From positions 97,104 through 161,103 of the forward strand of contig CAYVEC010000001.1 of the NCBI GenBank assembly GCA_964450385.1: 64,000 nt of DNA. The letters are read 5' to 3'. Positions 9,360-19,174 of this stretch are shown here, piece after piece. Numbering within the stretch: the first letter of the stretch is position 1; every line of letters begins with the position of its first letter. This stretch comes from an uncultured Planctomycetales bacterium (GTDB taxonomy: Bacteria; Omnitrophota; Gorgyraeia; Zapsychrales; JANLHA01). The notes beneath the pieces were generated by a model that saw only the letters and a program-made list of their open reading frames with translations, did not search any database and had not been told where the DNA came from. Position numbers and translations under genes: made by a program.

Positions 9360-9893
9360 GTGATGGCACCATCAGTAGATCAGATCAAAGAGCTTCGTGA
9401 GATGACCTCGTGCGGGGTCATTGAGTGTAAAAAGGCCTTGGAAGAGGCCGGCGGTGATTTCGATAAGGCCAAGAAGATCCTGCAGCAGCGGGGTCTTGAG
9501 GTCGCGGCAAAGAAGAGCGGCCGAACGGCGAAGGAGGGACGGGTCGAGATCTATGTTCATCCCGGCAATAAGATCGCAGTCATGGTCGAGATGAACTGCG
9601 AGACGGATTTTGTGGCGCGGAACACCGATTTTATCACCTTCGCAAAAGATGTGGCGATGCATATTGCGGCCATGAGCCCGCGATATGTTTCAGAGGCGGA
9701 TGTGCCTGAGGATGTGCTCGCCGGGGTTCCGGACCGAGCCGTCTTTATTAAGGAAGCCTGCCTCATGGCCCAGCCGTTCGTGAAGGACCCCAAAAAGACG
9801 ATCCAAGATTATCTTAATGAGATCGTGGCGAAGATCGGGGAGAATATGTTCGTGGGTCGGTTTGAACGATATAAGGTCGGCGAGCGTGGCTAA
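9360..9893 (+). CDS. tsf: Elongation factor Ts (short form)
   Basis: The translation contains the UBA-like N-terminus ...[33 protein letters not shown]... and the ...CETDFVARN... core. 177 aa. Confidence 0.9.
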   Translation: MMAPSVDQIKELREMTSCGVIECKKALEEAGGDFDKAKKILQQRGLEVAAKKSGRTAKEGRVEIYVHPGNKIAVMVEMNCETDFVARNTDFITFAKDVAMHIAAMSPRYVSEADVPEDVLAGVPDRAVFIKEACLMAQPFVKDPKKTIQDYLNEIVAKIGENMFVGRFERYKVGERG

Positions 9894-10605
9894 GGGACCG
9901 AGATATCAGCGGATCTTGCTCAAGTTGAGCGGCGAGGCCCTGCTCGGTGACGGGCAGCACGGCATCGATGCCGAGGTCTGCGCATCCTTGGCCCGGGAGG
10001 TCAAGGAGGTCCGGGATCTTGGGGTCACGGTCGCGCTGGTGGTCGGCGGCGGCAATATCTTTCGAGGGCAGGTTGCCTCGAAGGCCTTTGGGCTTGACCG
10101 GTCGGTCGCTGATTATATGGGGATGCTCGCGACGGTCTTGAATGGGCTGGCCCTTCAGAACGCCCTTGAAAAGGTGGGGGTCGAGACGCGGGTCATGACG
10201 GCGATCGCGATGTCGGCGGTGGCCGAACCCTATATCCGGCGACGGGCCATGCGGCATCTTGAGAAGGGACGGGTCGTGATCTTTGTCGCGGGCACGGGAA
10301 ACCCGTATTTCACCACGGACACGGCCGCGGCCCTGCGCGCCGCCGAGATCGGGGCGGATGTCCTGTTTAAGGCGACCAAGGTGGATGGGGTGTATTCGGC
10401 GGACCCGGTGACGCATCCGGAGGCGACACGGTTTGAGGCCCTGTCGTTCATGGAGGTCCTTCAGAAGGGGCTGAACGTGATGGATTCGACGGCGGTCAGC
10501 ATGTGTATGAACAATCACATGCCGATCGTCGTTTTTAATTTAACGCAGGCGGGGAACATTAAGCGTGCGGTCCTGGGTGAGGTGATCGGGACCGTTGTTC
10601 ACTGA
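9886..10605 (+). CDS. pyrH: Uridylate (UMP) kinase
   Basis: ...[13 protein letters not shown]... and ...[10 protein letters not shown]... are UMP kinase motifs. The most plausible start is the GTG at 9886, which overlaps the tsf stop; the listed ORF begins further upstream at 9817. Confidence 0.9.
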   Translation: MAKGPRYQRILLKLSGEALLGDGQHGIDAEVCASLAREVKEVRDLGVTVALVVGGGNIFRGQVASKAFGLDRSVADYMGMLATVLNGLALQNALEKVGVETRVMTAIAMSAVAEPYIRRRAMRHLEKGRVVIFVAGTGNPYFTTDTAAALRAAEIGADVLFKATKVDGVYSADPVTHPEATRFEALSFMEVLQKGLNVMDSTAVSMCMNNHMPIVVFNLTQAGNIKRAVLGEVIGTVVH

Positions 10606-10619
10606 TCGGGGAGGGTGAC

Positions 10620-11180
10620 ATGCTGAAAGAATTGAAAAGGGATGTTGAGGGAAAGATGAAAAAGGCCTTTGAGTCGGCGGAACGCGAGCTGGCCGAGGTC
10701 CGGACCGGGAGGGCACATCCGGGGTTGATCGAGGGGCTTCATGCGGATTATTATGGGACCCCGACGATGCTGAAGCAGATGGCGTCGATCACTGTGCCGG
10801 ATCCGCACACGATCGTGATCCAGCCGTGGGATCCGACGGCGATCCCTGAGATCGAAAAGGCGATCGTGAATAATCCTAAGCTGGGTCTTTCTCCGTCGAA
10901 TGACGGCAAGGTGTTACGTCTCAATATTCCGCAGCTTTCTCAAGAGCGGCGCGAGGAACTTCAGAAGCTGGCGCGTCAGATGGCCGAGCACGGACGGGTT
11001 TCCCTCCGGACGATCCGCCGCGAGGCGAATGACCGGATCAAGAAGACCCAGTCCGAAGGCACGGTCTCTGAGGATGACTGCGCCCGCGCTACCGATGAGA
11101 TCCAGAAGATGACGGACCGCTTTATCAGCGACATCGATCACGCCCTTGATAAGAAATTGAAAGACCTGATCGCGATTTAA
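10620..11180 (+). CDS. frr: Ribosome recycling factor
   Basis: 186 aa; MLKELKRDVEGKMKKAFES...VRTGRAHPGL...LNIPQLSQERREEL matches RRF. Confidence 0.95.
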   Translation: MLKELKRDVEGKMKKAFESAERELAEVRTGRAHPGLIEGLHADYYGTPTMLKQMASITVPDPHTIVIQPWDPTAIPEIEKAIVNNPKLGLSPSNDGKVLRLNIPQLSQERREELQKLARQMAEHGRVSLRTIRREANDRIKKTQSEGTVSEDDCARATDEIQKMTDRFISDIDHALDKKLKDLIAI

Positions 11181-11255
11181 CGCGCGTGGCCCGCGCACGT
11201 TTGAGGCACGGGCGTGGTGTTGGGGATTGTTCTTTTTCAATAGGATATGACGTGT

Positions 11256-11331
11256 GACCCACTAGCTCATCTGGTAGAGCACAGCCCTTTTAAGGCTGGT
11301 GTACCGCGTTCGAGTCGCGGGTGGGTCACCA
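11256..11331 (+). tRNA. tRNA-Lys (anticodon UUU)
   Basis: Hand-folded cloverleaf. The acceptor pair GACCCAC/GTGGGTC, D arm GCTC-ATCTGGTA-GAGC, anticodon stem CAGCC/GGCTG with loop CTTTTAA (TTT), T arm CCGCG-TTCGAGT-CGCGG, discriminator A and an encoded CCA are all present. Confidence 0.85.
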
Positions 11332-11411
11332 TGATTTGCCCTTTCTTGAGGCATCAGGGTCCGTCGACATCGTGGGCCCTGATGTCCGGGGAGGCGCCCA
11401 GGTCGTGGTGC

Positions 11412-11493
11412 GGGCGGATGGCGGAATTGGTAGACGCGCTAGTCTTAGGAACTAGTGGGGAAACTCATGGAGGTTCAAGTCCTCTTCCGCCCA
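11412..11493 (+). tRNA. tRNA-Leu (anticodon UAG), type II with long variable arm
   Basis: The acceptor pair GGGCGGA/TCCGCCC, anticodon stem CTAGT/ACTAG with loop CTTAGGA (TAG) and T arm GGAGG-TTCAAGT-CCTCT fold cleanly. The 13-nt variable arm forms GGG-GAAA-CUC. No CCA is encoded. Confidence 0.8.
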
Positions 11494-11552
11494 CTTATTT
11501 CAGGGAAGCGGCGTATCGTGTGGTATAATATCACACATCGCGTGGCACACAT

Positions 11553-11626
11553 GCGGCGGTAATTCAGTTGGCTAGAATGCCACCTTGCCAAGGTGGATGT
11601 CGTGGGTTCGAATCCCATCCGCCGCT
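11553..11626 (+). tRNA. tRNA-Gly (anticodon GCC)
   Basis: The acceptor pair GCGGCGG/CCGCCGC, D arm ATTC-AGTTGGCTA-GAAT, anticodon stem CCACC/GGTGG with loop TTGCCAA (GCC) and T arm GTGGG-TTCGAAT-CCCAT are all present. Confidence 0.85.
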
Positions 11627-11708
11627 TTATTTTTTATCATGCCTGCAGTTTGGTGAGGGGCCTTGCTGAACGGGGCGGGACAGAGGTGTATAGGAAGGTG
11701 AGGGAAGA

Positions 11709-12170
11709 ATGAAGATCATGGATTTTTTATGCGCGGAGGCGGTAAGTGCCGACCTTAAGTCGCAGACCAAACGTGAGGTCATCGAAGAGCTCGTTGACCT
11801 TCTTGTCGACGCTGGATCTGTTTCGAAGAAGATCCGAGGGAAACTCATCGAGGTTCTGATGGCGCGGGAGGCCCTTGGCTCGACGGCTATCGGTCAGAGC
11901 ATCGCGATCCCTCACGGTAAGTGTGAAAATGTGACAACCCTGACCGCCGCTCTTGGGGTGAGTAAAAAGGGTGTCGATTTCGATTCTCTCGATGGCGAAC
12001 CTGCCCATATCTTTTTCCTGCTGGTGGCGCCAGTCGATTCGGCTGGACCCCATTTGAAGGCCCTGGCCCGGATTTCTCGCCTATTAAAAGACAAGTATTT
12101 TCGTGATAATCTCCGGAACGCCAAAGATGTCGAGGATATGCTAAGCCTGATTCGTCAGGAAGCCGATTAA
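11709..12170 (+). CDS. ptsN: PTS EIIA (nitrogen-regulatory IIA-Ntr / fructose-type EIIA)
   Basis: 153 aa. The phosphorylatable His motif ...SIAIPHGKC... and overall EIIA(Fru/Ntr) pattern are present. No EIIB or EIIC genes are nearby. Confidence 0.8.
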   Translation: MKIMDFLCAEAVSADLKSQTKREVIEELVDLLVDAGSVSKKIRGKLIEVLMAREALGSTAIGQSIAIPHGKCENVTTLTAALGVSKKGVDFDSLDGEPAHIFFLLVAPVDSAGPHLKALARISRLLKDKYFRDNLRNAKDVEDMLSLIRQEAD

Positions 12171-12181
12171 ACAGACACGCC

Positions 12182-13423
12182 ATGTCAACGAACTTGATTA
12201 AGTGGCTCTACCCCGGGATGAGGATCAAACGGTGGTTGCTGACCTCGTTGGCTGGATTGTTTGTCGTGACCGGGGGGGCTATGGCCCTCAGTTCGTCCTA
12301 TGTCTTTGTTAAATTCTTCGGCCTGGTCATTATTCTTTGCGGTGTCGTCCTGATTGTCCTTGGGACCGGCAAGATGATTGTCTCCCTGATCACCCTTTTC
12401 CTTCCCCGCGGTGAACGCGAACTCGTCAATATTCTCTATCAGCGTCGATATCTAGAGCGCGGTCCGAAGATCGTCTGTGTCGGCGGTGGGCATGGGCTTT
12501 CTCATCTCCTTCTCGGGTTGAAGGAATATACGTCGAATCTTACAGCGATCGTTACCGTGGCTGACAGCGGCGGGTCCTCAGGCCGACTCCGCGAGGAATT
12601 CAATATTGTCGCCCCTGGTGACATTCGTAATTGTCTTGTGGCCCTGGCCGATGCCCCGGCCTTGATGGGCGAGCTGTTCCAGTTTCGTTTTTCGCAGTCG
12701 TCGGAATTGAAGGGGCACAATTTTGGGAATCTCTTTTTGACCGCGATGGTCCAGTTGACCGGCGACTTTGAGAAGGCGGTTCAGGAGTCGTCACGGGTTC
12801 TCGCGATTAGGGGGAACGTTGTTCCGTCGACAGTGACCAATGTCCATTTGGTCGCTGAATATGAGGACGGCTCGGTGACCAAGGGTGAGGCGGATATCCC
12901 GAACACCCGGTCGCGGATCCGCCGGGTCTTTCTTCAGCCGGAGAACTCCCCCGCCACGCCTCAGGCCCTTGAGGCGATCAGTGAGGCGGATGTCGTCATC
13001 TTAGGCCCGGGGAGCCTCTATACGAGCCTGATCCCCAACATCCTGGTGACGGGCATGACCGAGGCTCTATCGCGTTCGCGTGCTTTGAAAATTTATGTCT
13101 GCAATGTCATGACCCAGCAGGGGGAGACGGATGGGTTTTCCGCTGCGGACCACGTCCGCGCCCTGATTGGTCACGGCGATAAACATATGCTGGAGGTCTG
13201 CCTGATCAATAATGCCATTCCGTCGGAGAATGTCCTCAGCCGTTATCGCGGGGCTGATTCATTTCCGGTGACGGCGGATGAGGACGCGATCCGGTCGCTC
13301 GGGTATTCGGTTTTCGCGACCGACCTATTGGAGATGGGCAGCACCTATATCCGTCATGATTCGGTGAAATTGACGAAGGCTTTGATCAGATTAATCGAGC
13401 GCTATCGGGTGATCAAACGGTAG
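12182..13423 (+). CDS. YvcK/UPF0052 (CofD-like, gluconeogenesis factor) family protein with N-terminal membrane anchor
   Basis: The core ...IVCVGGGHGLSHLLLGLKEY...VADSGGSSGRLREE...GDIRNCLVALAD... matches the YvcK/CofD-like family. About 75 N-terminal residues form two hydrophobic TM segments (LLTSLAGLFVVTGGAMAL..., GLVIILCGVVLIVLGTG...). Confidence 0.8.
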   Translation: MSTNLIKWLYPGMRIKRWLLTSLAGLFVVTGGAMALSSSYVFVKFFGLVIILCGVVLIVLGTGKMIVSLITLFLPRGERELVNILYQRRYLERGPKIVCVGGGHGLSHLLLGLKEYTSNLTAIVTVADSGGSSGRLREEFNIVAPGDIRNCLVALADAPALMGELFQFRFSQSSELKGHNFGNLFLTAMVQLTGDFEKAVQESSRVLAIRGNVVPSTVTNVHLVAEYEDGSVTKGEADIPNTRSRIRRVFLQPENSPATPQALEAISEADVVILGPGSLYTSLIPNILVTGMTEALSRSRALKIYVCNVMTQQGETDGFSAADHVRALIGHGDKHMLEVCLINNAIPSENVLSRYRGADSFPVTADEDAIRSLGYSVFATDLLEMGSTYIRHDSVKLTKALIRLIERYRVIKR

Positions 13424-13435
13424 GGGGAGGGGCGG

Positions 13436-13699
13436 ATGCCCAGGGTTGAACAGGACATTGTGATCCGTCATACGCAGGGCCTTCATGCCCGGCCGGCCGC
13501 GCTCTTTGTTCAAATCGCTTCTAAATATGACGCCTCATTGACCATCGTCAAAGAGGCGGAGACGGTTAACGGCAAATCGATTATGGGGATTCTGATGCTC
13601 GGGGCCCAGCAGGGAAGTCAGCTTCAGCTCATCGCTGATGGGGAGGATGCCGAGGAGATGATCATGGAGCTAGAAAGGTTTTTGACCGAACATGAATGA
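13436..13699 (+). CDS. ptsH: Phosphocarrier protein HPr
   Basis: 87 aa. ...HTQGLHARPAALFV... contains the active-site His and ...NGKSIMGI... the regulatory Ser region. Confidence 0.9.
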   Translation: MPRVEQDIVIRHTQGLHARPAALFVQIASKYDASLTIVKEAETVNGKSIMGILMLGAQQGSQLQLIADGEDAEEMIMELERFLTEHE

Positions 13700-15482
13700 G
13701 GTCGTCTTAAAAGGGGTTCCGGCAGCGCCGGGGATCACGATCGGGTCCGCGTATATCCTGGACAAACAGGAGATGGTGGTCCCGGTGCGTGAGATCATGG
13801 AGCAGGAGGTCCCGATCGAGATCGCGCGCTTTGAGGAGGCCCTGATCAAGACCCGTGAGGAAATTGCTGAGCTTCGGGAAAAGATCGGCGATCAGATGGG
13901 GACCCAGCACGCGCAGATCTTTGATGCCCATCTCATGGTCCTTGAGGACCGTATGATCATGGAAGAGGTGATCAAGGGGATCCGGAAACAGCGTCAGGCC
14001 GCCGAATCGGTCTTCACGGCGGTCCTCAAAAAATATGCCGCTGTCTTCGCGAATCTTGAAGACGAATATCTGCGCGACCGCATGACGGATGTCAATGATA
14101 TCGGACGGCGGGTGATCAAGAACCTCATTGATGAGGACAAGCTTCACGAGTTCGACCGCCTCGAGGGAGAGCTCGTCATCATCGCCCATGATCTTTCTCC
14201 GTCGGACACGGTCAGTATGTTTAATAAAAGCATCTTGGGATTTGCTACGGATATGGGGAGCCGAACGTCCCACACGGCCATCATTGCCAAGTCCATGGGG
14301 GTCCCCGCAGTCGTTGGTCTGAAGGACGCGACCCTTCGGATCACGAATCAGGATATCGTGATCGTTGACGGGCGCATGGGGCTTGTGATTGTGCATCCGA
14401 CGCCGCAGACACTCAAGATCTACGAGGAAGAGCAGCTTCGGATCCAGTCCCTGCGGCACCGGTTCGATGATGTCCGGGACCTGCCCGCGGTGACGCTTGA
14501 CGGCCATGAGGTGACGATCCTTGCGAATATGGAGATCCCTCAGGAGGTCGCGACGGCCCAGAAATATGGGGCGAGTGGGGTCGGGCTCTATCGGACAGAG
14601 TTTTTCTTCATGAATCGGGTTGACCTCCCCGGGGAAGATGAACAGTACGAGGCCTATAAGCGGGTGGCCCTTGAATTCCCGAATCATCCCGTCACGATCA
14701 GGACCGTGGACCTTGGAGGCGATAAATTCATTTCAAGTGTCCAGATCCCGAAGGATATGTATCCGTTCCTCGGGTGGCGGGCCTTGAAATTTTGTTTCGC
14801 CAGGCCGGACATTTTTAAGACCCAGCTTCGTGCGATCCTGCGCGCCTCGGTCCATGGGCAGATCAGGCTGATGTACCCGATGATAGCGGGACTGAGCGAC
14901 CTGAGACGGGCCAACGCTATTCTAGAGGAGGCCAAGGAGGAGCTGTCGCGAGAAGGGATCCCGTTCTATGAGCGGATGCCGGTCGGGGTGATGATTGAGG
15001 TTCCGTCCGCTGCGATGACCGCGGACCTCTTGGCCCGAGAGGCAGACTTTTTCAGCATTGGGACGAACGACCTGATTCAGTACACTTTGGCGGTTGACCG
15101 GGCAAACGAACAGCTCGCGGATTTTTATGAACCGTGCCACCCGGGGGTGTTGCGGTTGATCCAGCGCACGATTGATGCGGCGCATGCCGCGCAGATACCC
15201 GTCGGGCTCTGCGGGGAGATGTCGAGCGAGCCGAATCAGGCCCTGCTCTTGCTTGGGCTTGGGCTTGATGAATTCAGCATGACACCCTTGAGCATTCTTC
15301 AGGTGAAGCAGCTCATTCGGTCCGTGACCTATAAAGACGCTCAGACCGTGGCCGAGCAGGCCCTGGGCTTGAACGTGGGGAGCGAGATCGAGGATCTGTG
15401 TAAACGCTGGGTCCGAGACCTGGCGCCGATGATCTTTAAGGCGGATGAAAACATTAAAGACGCGACCGAGGAGGAGGCATGA
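13692..15482 (+). CDS. ptsI: Phosphoenolpyruvate-protein phosphotransferase (Enzyme I)
   Basis: 596 aa, collinear with EI: N-terminal HPr-binding domain, the phospho-His region ...GSRTSHTAIIAKSMGVP... and a PEP-utilising C-terminal domain. The start overlaps the ptsH stop. Confidence 0.9.
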   Translation: MNEVVLKGVPAAPGITIGSAYILDKQEMVVPVREIMEQEVPIEIARFEEALIKTREEIAELREKIGDQMGTQHAQIFDAHLMVLEDRMIMEEVIKGIRKQRQAAESVFTAVLKKYAAVFANLEDEYLRDRMTDVNDIGRRVIKNLIDEDKLHEFDRLEGELVIIAHDLSPSDTVSMFNKSILGFATDMGSRTSHTAIIAKSMGVPAVVGLKDATLRITNQDIVIVDGRMGLVIVHPTPQTLKIYEEEQLRIQSLRHRFDDVRDLPAVTLDGHEVTILANMEIPQEVATAQKYGASGVGLYRTEFFFMNRVDLPGEDEQYEAYKRVALEFPNHPVTIRTVDLGGDKFISSVQIPKDMYPFLGWRALKFCFARPDIFKTQLRAILRASVHGQIRLMYPMIAGLSDLRRANAILEEAKEELSREGIPFYERMPVGVMIEVPSAAMTADLLAREADFFSIGTNDLIQYTLAVDRANEQLADFYEPCHPGVLRLIQRTIDAAHAAQIPVGLCGEMSSEPNQALLLLGLGLDEFSMTPLSILQVKQLIRSVTYKDAQTVAEQALGLNVGSEIEDLCKRWVRDLAPMIFKADENIKDATEEEA

Positions 15483-16225
15483 TCGCTTTGATCCTGGCGG
15501 CAGGTTATGGCACACGGCTTTATCCCGTGGTGAGGGACACCCCGAAACCGCTCTTGCCGATCGCGGACCGAACGCTGATTGATTTTTTGATGGATAAGGT
15601 CAAGGGGCTTCCGGACCTTTCACGGGTCGTGGTTGTGACGAATGAAAAATTCCACGGCCAGTTCGTCGAATGGGCGAAGGGGTACGCATCTTGGGCGGCC
15701 CCTGTCGAGGTTGTCAATGACGGGACACGGACCCCTGAGGAGCGATTAGGTTCGGTCGGGGATATCCGTTTTGTTATCCAGCAGTGCGGGATTGATGAGG
15801 ACCTCCTTGTTCTCGGAGGGGACAACCTTTTCGATTATGCCCTTGATGATTTTGTGGCCCAGGCGCGGGTGAGCGCTGATCAGGTCACGATCGGCCTGTA
15901 TGACATCGGGGACCGGGAGGCGGCGAAAAATTTCGGCGTCGTTGAACTCGCCGAGGATACGGGCCGGGTTATGACCTTTGAGGAAAAGCCGGCTGCGCCG
16001 CGTTCGACGCTTATCGCGATGTGTTCGTATTATTTCCCTCGGGCCTCCCTTGATCTCATCGAGACCTATATCCAGCAGACACGGAATACCGATAAGGCCG
16101 GTGATTACATCCATTGGCTTACGGTATATCACGGTGTCTGCGGTGTGCAGTTTGAAGGGCAGTGGTATGATATCGGCAGTGTCAAGGCGCTCCGCGAGGC
16201 GCAAAAGGCTTTCGGAGGGGCATGA
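15479..16225 (+). CDS. Sugar-phosphate nucleotidyltransferase (NTP_transferase family)
   Basis: MIALILAAGYGTRLYPVVRDTPKPLLPIADR is the G-x-G-T-R-L nucleotidyltransferase signature. The start overlaps the ptsI stop (ATGA). Confidence 0.7.
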   Translation: MIALILAAGYGTRLYPVVRDTPKPLLPIADRTLIDFLMDKVKGLPDLSRVVVVTNEKFHGQFVEWAKGYASWAAPVEVVNDGTRTPEERLGSVGDIRFVIQQCGIDEDLLVLGGDNLFDYALDDFVAQARVSADQVTIGLYDIGDREAAKNFGVVELAEDTGRVMTFEEKPAAPRSTLIAMCSYYFPRASLDLIETYIQQTRNTDKAGDYIHWLTVYHGVCGVQFEGQWYDIGSVKALREAQKAFGGA

Positions 16226-16250
16226 GGTGAGGGTGTAATCATGGAAATTC

Positions 16251-16264
16251 GTTAATGCATTAAC
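16251..16264 (+). promoter_or_regulatory. Perfect 14-bp palindrome GTTAATGCATTAAC immediately upstream of metK RBS (candidate operator)
   Basis: Seen directly in the sequence at 16251-16264; the metK RBS and GTG start follow within about 15 nt. Confidence 0.3.
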
Positions 16265-16279
16265 AGAAAGGACGTCGCA

Positions 16280-17434
16280 GTGAAAGGACAATATTTTCTT
16301 ACTTCGGAATCAGTGGGCAACGGACATCCTGACAAGGTTTGCGATCAGATCTCAGACGCGGTCCTTGATGCGATCCTGAAAGACGATCCCAAAGGACGGG
16401 TGGCGTGTGAGACCTTTATTTCGGCCGGACTTGTTGTTGTCGGCGGAGAGATTACGACCACAACGTATGTTGATGTGCATAAATTGGTCCGTCGGGTCCT
16501 TCGTGACATCGGTTACACGGATCAAAAATACGGTTTTGATGCCTCGACCTGTGCGATCTTGAACGCGATCAACAGCCAGTCGCCGGACATCGCCCAAGGC
16601 GTGGATGCCGGCGGGGCCGGGGACCAGGGGATCATGATCGGGTATGCTTGCGACGAGACTCCGGAGCTCATGCCGCTTCCGATCCTCCTCGCGCATAAGA
16701 TCGTGGCCCGGATTGAAGAGGTTCGTAAGAGCGGGGTCCTCGCTTATCTCGGACCGGATTGCAAGAGCCAGGTCACGGTGGAGTATGACAGCGGTGTGGC
16801 GAAACGGATTGATGCGGTTGTTATTGCCTGTCAGCACACTGAGGCCATTCTTGATAAGACTGGCAAACGGATCACGGCTGAGGCCCGTCAGGAGATCATC
16901 GACACGATCGCGATGCCGATCGTGGGAAAGATGATCGACAAGGAAACGAAATTTTATGTGAATGAGACCGGAAAATTCGTTGTCGGCGGTCCCCAGTCCG
17001 ATACTGGGGTCACCGGCCGCAAGATCATTGTGGATACCTATGGCGGGGTGGTCTCGCATGGCGGCGGCGCCTTTTCGGGCAAGGACCCGACCAAGGTCGA
17101 CCGTTCGGCGACGTATATGGCCCGATATGTAGCCAAGAATATTGTGGCCGCGGGCCTGGCGAAGCGCTGCTGGATCCAGTTCGGCTATGCGATCGGCAAG
17201 GCGGAACCGGTCTCGGTGATGGTTGATACCTTTGGGACTGGAAAGGTCACAGAGCAAAAGCTCGTTGAACTTGTTCGGAAACATTTTGACCTGACCCCTC
17301 GCGGGATTATAAAGGAATTAGACCTGCTCAAGCCGGTGTATGAGCGGACTGCCGCGTACGGACATTTCGGGCGCGCCGAGTTCACCTGGGAGAAGACGCC
17401 GAAGGCCGCTGCTCTGGCCAAGGATGCCAAGTAA
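16280..17434 (+). CDS. metK: S-adenosylmethionine synthetase
   Basis: ...[17 protein letters not shown]..., ...[12 protein letters not shown]... and ...[16 protein letters not shown]... are MetK hallmarks. GTG start at 16280. Confidence 0.95.
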   Translation: MKGQYFLTSESVGNGHPDKVCDQISDAVLDAILKDDPKGRVACETFISAGLVVVGGEITTTTYVDVHKLVRRVLRDIGYTDQKYGFDASTCAILNAINSQSPDIAQGVDAGGAGDQGIMIGYACDETPELMPLPILLAHKIVARIEEVRKSGVLAYLGPDCKSQVTVEYDSGVAKRIDAVVIACQHTEAILDKTGKRITAEARQEIIDTIAMPIVGKMIDKETKFYVNETGKFVVGGPQSDTGVTGRKIIVDTYGGVVSHGGGAFSGKDPTKVDRSATYMARYVAKNIVAAGLAKRCWIQFGYAIGKAEPVSVMVDTFGTGKVTEQKLVELVRKHFDLTPRGIIKELDLLKPVYERTAAYGHFGRAEFTWEKTPKAAALAKDAK

Positions 17435-17480
17435 AACCGGGACGATTTATTTATCAACATCCGTAACAAAAGGGATCTGC

Positions 17481-18878
17481 ATGGCAGAGCACAAGGTAAA
17501 AGACATGTCGCAGGCTGCATTCGGTCATAAAGAGATTGAGCTCGCGGAACATGAGATGCCGGGCCTCATGGCCCTTCAGGAAAAGTATGGCAAGGCCCAG
17601 CCGCTTAAGGGTGCGCGCATCACCGGATCGCTCCATATGACGATCCAGACTGCGGTTCTGATCAAGACCCTTGTCAAGCTCGGGGCTGAGGTGCGTTGGG
17701 CGAGTTGCAATATTTTTTCGACCCAGGATCACGCTGCGGCCGCCATTGCGGACCTCGGGATCCCGGTCTTCGCCTGGAAGGGCGAGACCCTCGAGGAATA
17801 TTGGTGGTGCACGCGGCAGGCCCTGATGTTCCCTGGAGGCAAGGGTCCGACGCTGATCGTCGATGATGGCGGGGATGCGACGCTCATGGTCCATCGCGGG
17901 TGCGCGGCCGAGAAGGATCCGTCGATTTTGGACCGCCCGGCGGATACAGAGGACGAACGGCAGCTCAATATCCTGCTTAAAAAAACGCTTAAAGAACATC
18001 CTGGGGTATGGACCGGTGTTGCCCGTGAGATCCGCGGGGTCTCAGAGGAAACGACAACGGGCGTTCACCGTCTCTATCAGATGATGAAAGAGGGGTCGCT
18101 CTTGTTCCCTGCGTTCAATGTGAACGATTCGGTGACGAAATCAAAATTTGACAATCTTTACGGGTGTCGTGAATCACTCGCCGACGGGATCAAACGCGCG
18201 ACGGATGTCATGATCGCGGGCAAGGTTGTGGTGGTCTGTGGCTACGGGGACGTGGGCAAGGGGTGCGCCCACTCGATGCGGTCGTACGGCGCCCGGGTCC
18301 TTGTGACCGAGATCGATCCGATTTGCGCGCTCCAGGCCGCGATGGAGGGTTTTGAGGTGGTGACGATCGAGGATGCCCTGCCGGAGGGGAACATCTATGT
18401 AACGGCCACGGGGAACTGTCAGGTTGTCACCGCCGAGCACATGGCGCGGATGCGCGACCAGGCGATCGTCTGCAACATTGGTCACTTTGACAATGAGATC
18501 GAGGTCGGCCGGTTGGAGGCGTGGCCTGGAATCCGGAAGGAAAACGTGAAGCCTCAGGTGGACCAGTATTATTTTCCCGACGGGCATTCGATCGTGCTCC
18601 TTGCGTCGGGGCGCCTTGTGAATCTGGGCTGCGCCACAGGTCATCCGTCTTTTGTCATGAGCAATTCGTTCACAAATCAAACCCTGGCTCAGATCGAACT
18701 CTGGACTAAGGCCTATGAGATCGGGGTCTATTGCCTGCCCAAGCATCTCGACGAAGAGGTGGCACGTCTGCATCTCGCGAAGATCGGGGCGCGGCTGACC
18801 TGCTTGACGGCCAAACAGGCCGAGTATCTTGGGATCGATCCCAAGGGCCCGTATAAGCCGGATCATTATCGTTATTGA
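17481..18878 (+). CDS. ahcY: Adenosylhomocysteinase
   Basis: [32 protein letters not shown]... and the NAD-binding ...[14 protein letters not shown]... motif match AhcY. ATG at 17481 is preferred over the upstream in-frame start of the listed ORF. Confidence 0.95.
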   Translation: MAEHKVKDMSQAAFGHKEIELAEHEMPGLMALQEKYGKAQPLKGARITGSLHMTIQTAVLIKTLVKLGAEVRWASCNIFSTQDHAAAAIADLGIPVFAWKGETLEEYWWCTRQALMFPGGKGPTLIVDDGGDATLMVHRGCAAEKDPSILDRPADTEDERQLNILLKKTLKEHPGVWTGVAREIRGVSEETTTGVHRLYQMMKEGSLLFPAFNVNDSVTKSKFDNLYGCRESLADGIKRATDVMIAGKVVVVCGYGDVGKGCAHSMRSYGARVLVTEIDPICALQAAMEGFEVVTIEDALPEGNIYVTATGNCQVVTAEHMARMRDQAIVCNIGHFDNEIEVGRLEAWPGIRKENVKPQVDQYYFPDGHSIVLLASGRLVNLGCATGHPSFVMSNSFTNQTLAQIELWTKAYEIGVYCLPKHLDEEVARLHLAKIGARLTCLTAKQAEYLGIDPKGPYKPDHYRY

Positions 18879-18888
18879 TAGACGCGTT

Positions 18889-18912
18889 GGGCAGGGCTGA
18901 TTGGCCCTGCCC
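18889..18912 (+). terminator. GC-rich hairpin after ahcY (GGGCAGGGC-tgattg-GCCCTGCCC), no U-tract
   Basis: 9-bp perfect inverted repeat 11 nt after the ahcY stop. No poly-T follows, so intrinsic-terminator status is doubtful. Confidence 0.3.
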
Positions 18913-18996
18913 AGGTGTCCTGTTGCCGCACGAGGGGACGTCCGATGCGCACGTTGACCAAACGATTGATGCTCGCTCACCTCGGTCAGGTCTTTT

Positions 18997-19024
18997 TTGT
19001 TAATACTAGGGTCTCTATTAAAAT
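18997..19024 (+). promoter_or_regulatory. Sigma70-like promoter candidate (TTGTTA-16-TAAAAT) upstream of cupin gene
   Basis: Hexamers at 18997-19002 and 19019-19024 with a 16-nt spacer, about 150 nt upstream of the cupin start. Confidence 0.3.
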
Positions 19025-19174
19025 CTATCACATTGTTTTATCCATTCCTCGTGCCTTCCTTGCTGGGACTGATATTTTTGAGCAAGGCGGGAGATTTTTT
19101 ATTTTTTAAAGTGTGGCCGGAGAGGGTGGAATCGCCATGGCAGGGCTCACGATCAGCGAGAGGAACCGTGGGGA

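Noticed and set aside
11181-11250. Terminator after frr
   Set aside because: Only a weak 5-bp GC stem with a short interrupted T-run; not convincing.
11247-11528. 93-aa ORF overlapping the tRNA-Lys and tRNA-Leu genes
   Set aside because: It is fully explained by the two well-folded tRNA genes, so the ORF is spurious.
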